Shown: positions 58,543 to 64,000 of the stretch, one piece after another | Position numbering within the stretch: the stretch's first letter is position 1 | How the letters are laid out: each line of letters begins with the position of its first letter | Source of the DNA: a bacterium | Lineage (GTDB): Bacteria; Patescibacteriota; Patescibacteriia; UBA9570 | DNA: 64,000 bases | Reading direction: 5' to 3' | Assembly: GCA_030698395.1 (NCBI GenBank) | Contig: JAUYKW010000001.1 | Location: 93,735-157,734 of the forward strand | Program-made: the position numbers and the translations under genes | Notes under the pieces: model-generated | Database searches by the model: none | What the model was told of the DNA's origin: nothing | Seen by the model: only the letters and a program-made list of their open reading frames with translations

Positions 58543-60360
58543 ATGAAAAAAATTAATATCAGTAGACTAGCCAACGGAAAAACACTAATTCCTCTAATAT
58601 TAGCCTTAATATCAGGAATGTTTCTATTTCTGCTTGGACTATTAAGCTCTAACTGGGATTGGTCTATTAGTGAATCTATTGCTGAGGCAATATATATTGG
58701 TTTTAAAGATTATCAGGAATTTCCATTTTTTACTTATTTTAAAAATGGCGGATCAATGTTGATACAAGATCCTCAAGGACATCTCCTATCTATCGATACT
58801 ATTTGGATATTAATGTTTGGACCACAAATAGGACTAAGATTTGCAGGCTTCTTCTGGGGCTTTGCAGGATTTTATTCCATGTATCACTGGCTCAATAAAA
58901 AAATAGGATTTTCACCGGCTTTACTAGCTGCGTCGGCCTGGATTATAAGCATGGGAATGTTTTGGCGAATCATTCTAGGAAATGAAATGTTCTTATGGCA
59001 TCTTGGTCTACCACTCTTTTTAATCGCTATTGATAAACTTCTTGCAAAACCTTCCTGGAGGAGCAGTATACTAACAGGTTTACTTCTTGGTATGTATATT
59101 CTAGGTCCAACTTTTCATTCAATTCTATATTTAATCTTGCCAGTATCACTTGTCTGGTTCATTTTTTTACTAATTAAAAATTATCAAAAAATCTCTAAGC
59201 TAAAAGTTATACTGCATATCCTGACAATTATTCTTCTCGGCACCCTAATTTCTTCGCCAAAAATTTATTCCTGGACTCAACTAGACATGTCTAGACAAAT
59301 ATCAACAAAGCCACTATCAATCGATGTGGATGAAGCTGTTTTAGCTCTAATCGATATTAATCCTTTATCGATAACTAAAGTTTTTAACAAAGAGGACAAC
59401 CGTGATAATGCATTTTTTTTAGGGTATGGTTTTTTCGAAGGAAATGTTGCATTTTTTCCACTAGCAAACTTATTAATATTAATAGGATTGCTTATTGGAT
59501 GGAAAAAACAAATTGATAAACGACACTTATATGCATTTGCTTGCTCATTGCTGGTAATAGGTATACTTATTAGCTCAAGTGATGTTATCTGGTCTGCATT
59601 TACATCTCTTACGAATAACAGTTTTCGAGCGAGTGCTCGTTTTTTAAGTATTAGTGGTTTTGGGATTGCCATTTTATCTGGCATTGGTTTACACTACATG
59701 ACTACTAAATTAAAAGGTAAGTTAAAACATGCTTCTGCCATAATAGCAGTAGCATCAATTTTTATATCTGCACTCATCTGGATCAATGCTGCATCAAAAC
59801 ATACCATATTAGTGGGTGAACAAAAAGGTAATATTGTACTACCTATTTCAGAACTATGGCAAAGTGATATTTCTAGATTGCAAACAGATTTTACGAATAT
59901 CATCCGTAGTCACGGAATGATGTTTGATACAATTTCAGTAGTTGGTAGTGGTATGGATAATGTAAATGATGACTATTGGGATCAATTTTTTATAGAAAAA
60001 GGAGAAGAAAATTTTCTCTCACCAGAATTATATCCAACAAATCGTTTGTTAATTACAAACACCCATGCTTATGCATATAATTTAAATCCTCATGAAACTG
60101 TCCACATCAGAGTACAGCCAGCTCCTTTAGGTGAGAATGTAACAACTACTCCACAAAATTCGAATGTAACTTTAGAATACGGAGACGGTGAATTAATCCT
60201 TACAAATAATGAAGATTTTGAATTAGCCGAGGTTGATATTTCTCCGAATTCACCAGTTCACCCAGCTACCTGGTATATATCTGTGATAACTTTCCTCTTA
60301 TCAGCTGGTTATATAATATATGTTACCGTTCACCCAAAAGAAAATGAAAAAGAGAAATAA
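58543..60360 (+). CDS. Polytopic membrane protein (about 11 TM) with a C-terminal extracytoplasmic domain. Resembles GT-C-type membrane glycosyltransferases. Paralog 1.
   Basis: Many TM helices. Conserved N-terminal block WDWSISESIAEAIYIGFKDYQEFPFFTYFKNGGSMLIQDPQG shared with the paralog. Confidence 0.7.
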   Translation: MKKINISRLANGKTLIPLILALISGMFLFLLGLLSSNWDWSISESIAEAIYIGFKDYQEFPFFTYFKNGGSMLIQDPQGHLLSIDTIWILMFGPQIGLRFAGFFWGFAGFYSMYHWLNKKIGFSPALLAASAWIISMGMFWRIILGNEMFLWHLGLPLFLIAIDKLLAKPSWRSSILTGLLLGMYILGPTFHSILYLILPVSLVWFIFLLIKNYQKISKLKVILHILTIILLGTLISSPKIYSWTQLDMSRQISTKPLSIDVDEAVLALIDINPLSITKVFNKEDNRDNAFFLGYGFFEGNVAFFPLANLLILIGLLIGWKKQIDKRHLYAFACSLLVIGILISSSDVIWSAFTSLTNNSFRASARFLSISGFGIAILSGIGLHYMTTKLKGKLKHASAIIAVASIFISALIWINAASKHTILVGEQKGNIVLPISELWQSDISRLQTDFTNIIRSHGMMFDTISVVGSGMDNVNDDYWDQFFIEKGEENFLSPELYPTNRLLITNTHAYAYNLNPHETVHIRVQPAPLGENVTTTPQNSNVTLEYGDGELILTNNEDFELAEVDISPNSPVHPATWYISVITFLLSAGYIIYVTVHPKENEKEK

Positions 60361-62119
60361 ATACTTAAACGCAAAAACTCTGATTCCTATTAGCGTATCC
60401 TTAATGTGCGGTATATTTTTACTTGGCATAGCATTATTAAGTTTTGGATTTGATTGGACAATTTCTGAAATTTCAGCAGAAATTACTTATCTTGGTTTTA
60501 AAAATGCAGAATTCCCATTTTTTTCTTACTTTCATAATGGCGGATCGATGGTTATGCAAGATCCTCAAGGAAGTTTATTATCACCAATAACAATCCTAAT
60601 TGTTATTTTTGGACCCTTGTATGGCTTACGGATCGCTGCATTTTTTTGGGGTTTCATTGGATGCTATTCTTTCTATCGATGGCTTGCTCCTAAAGTTGGT
60701 TTTGAATCATCAATTATAGCTAGTTGCGCTTGGACACTAAGTCTCACGATTGTTTGGCATTTGATAAATGGCAATGACATGTTTTTATGGTATCTAGGAT
60801 TACCATTATTTTTAATCTACATCGAAAAACTTATCCTAAAACCAACTAACAAAACTTTTATATACTTAGGAATTCTTACGGGCATATATATACTAGGCCC
60901 TTCTTTTCATGCATTAGTATTCTTTATTATTCCTGCTTGCATCTTATGGTTTATTACTTTAATTGCTACAAACTTTAAAAAAATATCAAAAACAAAATTA
61001 GCATTAAATATTCTGTTGATAATCGGAATTGCATTGCTAATAGCAATACCAAAAATATACTCCTGGATAGTGTTAGATATGGATAGAACAACTGTTGCAG
61101 AACCAGTAATTTTTATCAAAGATGCGCTATTAGCACTCATTGATTTCAGGCCTTCTTCAATGGTAAAAGATTTTACCACCAAAACTAGTTACTTTTATTC
61201 TTTTTGGGAGGGTAATGTAGCACTACCTCCAATCGCAACTATCTTTGCCTTGCTTGGTCTTGGTATTGGATGGAAAGAAGAAAAACATCGTGTGTTATAT
61301 ATCTTTGCTGGCACTTTACTTTTATCTGGTATTGCTTTCTGTACAATAGGCTGGATCTGGGAATCAATCCGCTGGATTTTTAATGATGGAATAAGATTTT
61401 CTGCACGATACCTAGCATTGTCTGGTTTAGGTTTAGCAATCTACAACGGTATAGGAATAAAATTTATTTTAAATAAATTTAAATATAAAAAAGTATTAAC
61501 CATCATCCTAATATTGCCAAGTTTTATATTTATTGGAATCTGGATGCAACGAGCTTCTACCTATATAATTTCTTATGCAAATGTTGAAAAACAAGTAGTA
61601 GCAGAAATAAATTACCTTTGGAAATCAGATCGCTCATGGATGAAAACTCCTTATTATGGATACATATTGGATAAACAAGTTATATATGAAGAAAGAGAAT
61701 TAACAGGAAGTGGAATACAAAAATTAGACCCTGAAAAAATGCAGGCCAGAATGCTTGAAGATGGTAATAAATATCTATCACCCGAACTTATACCAAACCG
61801 TTTTTCCATGACGAACACCTCTATTCAAGCCCTCAAATTACAGCCACATGAAACAGTAAGAATTAGACTGAATCCTGCTCCCCTTGGAGAAATAATCACG
61901 ACTGAACCTGAAAACTCCAACGTCATTTTAGCAAAGGGAGATAATGAAATAATTCTCACAAATAATGAAGACTCAATTGTAAATCAAGTAACAATAACTC
62001 CACAATCGCCAGTTCCTCCTGCGCTATGGTTTGTTTCAGTGATTACTTTATTACTTACTTCAGGATATTTATTATTTACCATCATTCCAAAAATAAAAAA
62101 TACTGAGACTACTAAATAA
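60344..62119 (+). CDS. Tandem paralog 2 of 58543..60360. The start was moved to MKKRNKY. Overlaps paralog 1 by 17 nt.
   Basis: Same architecture and conserved blocks: FDWTISEISAEITYLGFKNAEFPFFSYFHNGGSMVMQDPQG, and C-terminal PHETVRIRLNPAPLGE...NSNV. Confidence 0.7.
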   Translation: MKKRNKYLNAKTLIPISVSLMCGIFLLGIALLSFGFDWTISEISAEITYLGFKNAEFPFFSYFHNGGSMVMQDPQGSLLSPITILIVIFGPLYGLRIAAFFWGFIGCYSFYRWLAPKVGFESSIIASCAWTLSLTIVWHLINGNDMFLWYLGLPLFLIYIEKLILKPTNKTFIYLGILTGIYILGPSFHALVFFIIPACILWFITLIATNFKKISKTKLALNILLIIGIALLIAIPKIYSWIVLDMDRTTVAEPVIFIKDALLALIDFRPSSMVKDFTTKTSYFYSFWEGNVALPPIATIFALLGLGIGWKEEKHRVLYIFAGTLLLSGIAFCTIGWIWESIRWIFNDGIRFSARYLALSGLGLAIYNGIGIKFILNKFKYKKVLTIILILPSFIFIGIWMQRASTYIISYANVEKQVVAEINYLWKSDRSWMKTPYYGYILDKQVIYEERELTGSGIQKLDPEKMQARMLEDGNKYLSPELIPNRFSMTNTSIQALKLQPHETVRIRLNPAPLGEIITTEPENSNVILAKGDNEIILTNNEDSIVNQVTITPQSPVPPALWFVSVITLLLTSGYLLFTIIPKIKNTETTK

Positions 62120-62141
62120 AACTTAAAGTTTAAAATAAAAA

Positions 62142-62169
62142 ATACCAGGTTTATAACCTGGTATTTTTT
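62142..62169. terminator. Intrinsic terminator hairpin ATACCAGGTT-TATA-ACCTGGTAT followed by TTTTTTATT. Bidirectional; serves the paralog operon and tRNA-Asn.
   Basis: Perfect 9-10-bp stem, A-tract 5' and T-tract 3'. Confidence 0.7.
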
Positions 62170-62171
62170 AT

Positions 62172-62246
62172 TGGCTCAGGAGGCGAGATTCGAACTCGCG
62201 ACCAATTGATTAACAGTCAACTGCTCTACCACTGAGCTACTCCTGA
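62172..62246 (-). tRNA. tRNA-Asn (anticodon GUU). CCA is encoded.
   Basis: The reverse complement reads TCAGGAG-TA-GCTC-AGTGGTA-GAGC-A-GTTGA-CUGUUAA-TCAAT-TGGTC-GCGAG-TTCGAAT-CTCGC-CTCCTGA-G-CCA. Confidence 0.9.
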
Positions 62247-62485
62247 TTTTGCTCATCAAGCCATTTTCGGCCCTGACCACTTTTTAGAAAGTTCTCTCTC
62301 TTTCTAGCCTCGGTCCGGGACGAAAAGCTCTCGACGTATACAAGTTTAAAAGGTTTATTATATCTGGTCCATCTATTCGATCCCCTGTTGTGTTCTCGTA
62401 AACGTTCTTTAGGATCTTTTTCAGTACTACCAATATATCTCTTACCATTCTTTAAACTACGTAACACATAAATATTATATAACAT
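62237..62485 (-). CDS. Small stand-alone GIY-YIG nuclease-domain protein (82 aa). Its last three codons and stop overlap the 5' acceptor stem of tRNA-Asn.
   Basis: YNIYVLRSLKNGKRYIGSTEKDPKERLREHNRG...RENFLKSGQGRKWL GIY-YIG/URI motifs. Terminal codons ...CAG GAG TAG lie within the tRNA 5' end. Confidence 0.75.
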   Translation of the reverse strand: MLYNIYVLRSLKNGKRYIGSTEKDPKERLREHNRGSNRWTRYNKPFKLVYVESFSSRTEARKRENFLKSGQGRKWLDEQNQE

Positions 62486-62643
62486 TTAATAGTTCATACT
62501 ACGACTTATAAAAAATTATTATTAAATTGAGAAAGAACTACTTTTTCACTGTCCGCCAGAGGCGGATCAGCCTTTGGCTGAAGCTACTCCTGAATATTGC
62601 ACCGTAGATTCTAAATGATTGCTACGATGCTGTCAACGTTTAT

Positions 62644-63972
62644 TTAACGCTCATAAATTGTATCTTCTGATAATGGGGTTGTTGGAATATGTTGTACACG
62701 CTCTGGACACACTTTCTGAGCCTCCTCCACCATGCGTAAGGCCATTTTCCAATAAGATACGTGTCTACCTACCCCGGTTCTCAATTTACCCATATAATCA
62801 ACCTGATTCCAACCCATCTTGAATAAAGCCCGCCGTTTAAGTCCCATGGCCATCATATATACTCCAACTTCATGATTTTTCTTACCTAGTTTCTTTCCCA
62901 TATCAGAATGCGCATCCATTACCACCTGATATTCATAAAGATTTCCATACTTCTCTAATTCATCATGCCAATCATATCCATGGTCATATGTATAATCTTG
63001 CGCTATCTGTACTGTGCGCCGATGACGATGTAAATCTCTATAAGATCCCACGTCCATTAATAAATCAAATGTAATACTTTGAGTATCTAGCACTTTTAAT
63101 AGCTCATCATGCTTACCACGTTTTCTTACACCAACCTCATACACTTCATTTTGTTTCTTCCGACTCCAACTATTCACCTGTTTTCGAATTTGATCATAAG
63201 AATAATCAGTCACCCAATACAGCAAAGTAGTTACTGCTTCTACTAACGGATCTTGATTAACAAAAACTTGAACGTCATGATTTGAATCAACTGTCTTTAT
63301 CTTTAAATATTCTTTGGCAACCTGTTTTAAATCTTTTTTCGTATTGATCAAATAATCAATTGGTGCAGTATATTTCACCAAGGTTGGCAATGGATGTACC
63401 GTGGTTAAAACTTTCTTCAAACGACGAATCTTTTTTAATGCATCAGAATTTGATTTAACTTGTCCGGACAAACTATTTAAGGCTGAATTTATTTCCCTAG
63501 AAAAAGGATTGAACATTGGAGTAGAACATGCCGTTTTTAAATCATCAGCTACATCTCGCACCTCGCTATATTCACTAGAATATAATCGAGAGATCATCTT
63601 TTCTAAAGTTCTTCCAGATGTAATCTGACCAACACTAGTATAAGAACCAAGTGGCAACATATAACGCGCAATATCAAATGCTCTTGCTCTTGTAGCAGAT
63701 TTGTATGCTCCTTCTGAATATTTTTTTGGTAATGGATTAGCTTCTCGAATAACTGGCAATAATTCTTTATATGTCCGCTGATAATTATCCATTAAATATT
63801 TTATCCCTGCTTGATAGGATTTCTTCTGATCTGGTTTACCTTTTAAAGTTGCAGGCTCGTGCACTCCATCGGGAGTATATTTTTGATATCTAGTTGATCG
63901 TTCTTGACCATCCCATAACTGCTCATCTACCACATCAATAGCAGCAACCATTGAAATATTATCTAAAGCCAT
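62644..63972 (-). CDS. thyX: Flavin-dependent thymidylate synthase ThyX, long form
   Basis: ThyX signature RHRRTVQIAQ (RHRxxxxxxQS-like) and surrounding conserved blocks. 442 aa, larger than single-domain ThyX. Confidence 0.85.
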   Translation of the reverse strand: MALDNISMVAAIDVVDEQLWDGQERSTRYQKYTPDGVHEPATLKGKPDQKKSYQAGIKYLMDNYQRTYKELLPVIREANPLPKKYSEGAYKSATRARAFDIARYMLPLGSYTSVGQITSGRTLEKMISRLYSSEYSEVRDVADDLKTACSTPMFNPFSREINSALNSLSGQVKSNSDALKKIRRLKKVLTTVHPLPTLVKYTAPIDYLINTKKDLKQVAKEYLKIKTVDSNHDVQVFVNQDPLVEAVTTLLYWVTDYSYDQIRKQVNSWSRKKQNEVYEVGVRKRGKHDELLKVLDTQSITFDLLMDVGSYRDLHRHRRTVQIAQDYTYDHGYDWHDELEKYGNLYEYQVVMDAHSDMGKKLGKKNHEVGVYMMAMGLKRRALFKMGWNQVDYMGKLRTGVGRHVSYWKMALRMVEEAQKVCPERVQHIPTTPLSEDTIYER

Positions 63973-64000
63973 CGATACATGCGCTAAATCTGCTATCGAA

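Overview
The window looks like a low-GC, gene-dense bacterial chromosome segment. Genes overlap compactly, intergenic regions are short and most starts use ATG. Housekeeping genes present: rpsU, a GatB/YqeY protein, a HIT protein, hisS, lepB, an LCP-der-pth operon, a short mfd, dprA-topA, a short rel, parAB, hup, htrA, a TrmH-family methyltransferase, thyX, and tRNA-Leu(CAA) and tRNA-Asn(GUU). Interleaved with these is an unusually large set of secreted, membrane-anchored and giant surface proteins: a 2887-aa cysteine- and acidic-repeat-rich giant protein, two paralogous beta-helix 'CSLREA' adhesin-like proteins, thrombospondin-type-3 and lamin-tail-domain proteins, and a type IV pilin. Two PAS-histidine-kinase plus receiver pairs and an MscS channel are also present. 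I infer a reduced-genome, surface-interaction-oriented bacterium, CPR/Patescibacteria-like; this is an inference only. No rRNA, CRISPR array or obvious transposase was seen. The most interesting points are: (i) both beta-helix adhesin paralogs are interrupted exactly at homopolymer tracts, suggesting phase variation; (ii) a tandemly duplicated HK-REC-pilin module whose second copy keeps only a 3' pilin fragment; (iii) a transcobalamin-like (DUF4430 plus alpha-toroid) secreted gene pair; (iv) rpsU apparently initiating at AUU; (v) a glycosylation-like cluster with two tandem paralogous polytopic membrane proteins; (vi) a Lys-rich tail module shared by several secreted proteins; and (vii) a tRNA-Asn whose 5' end is overlapped by a GIY-YIG gene and is re-duplicated 350 bp away.
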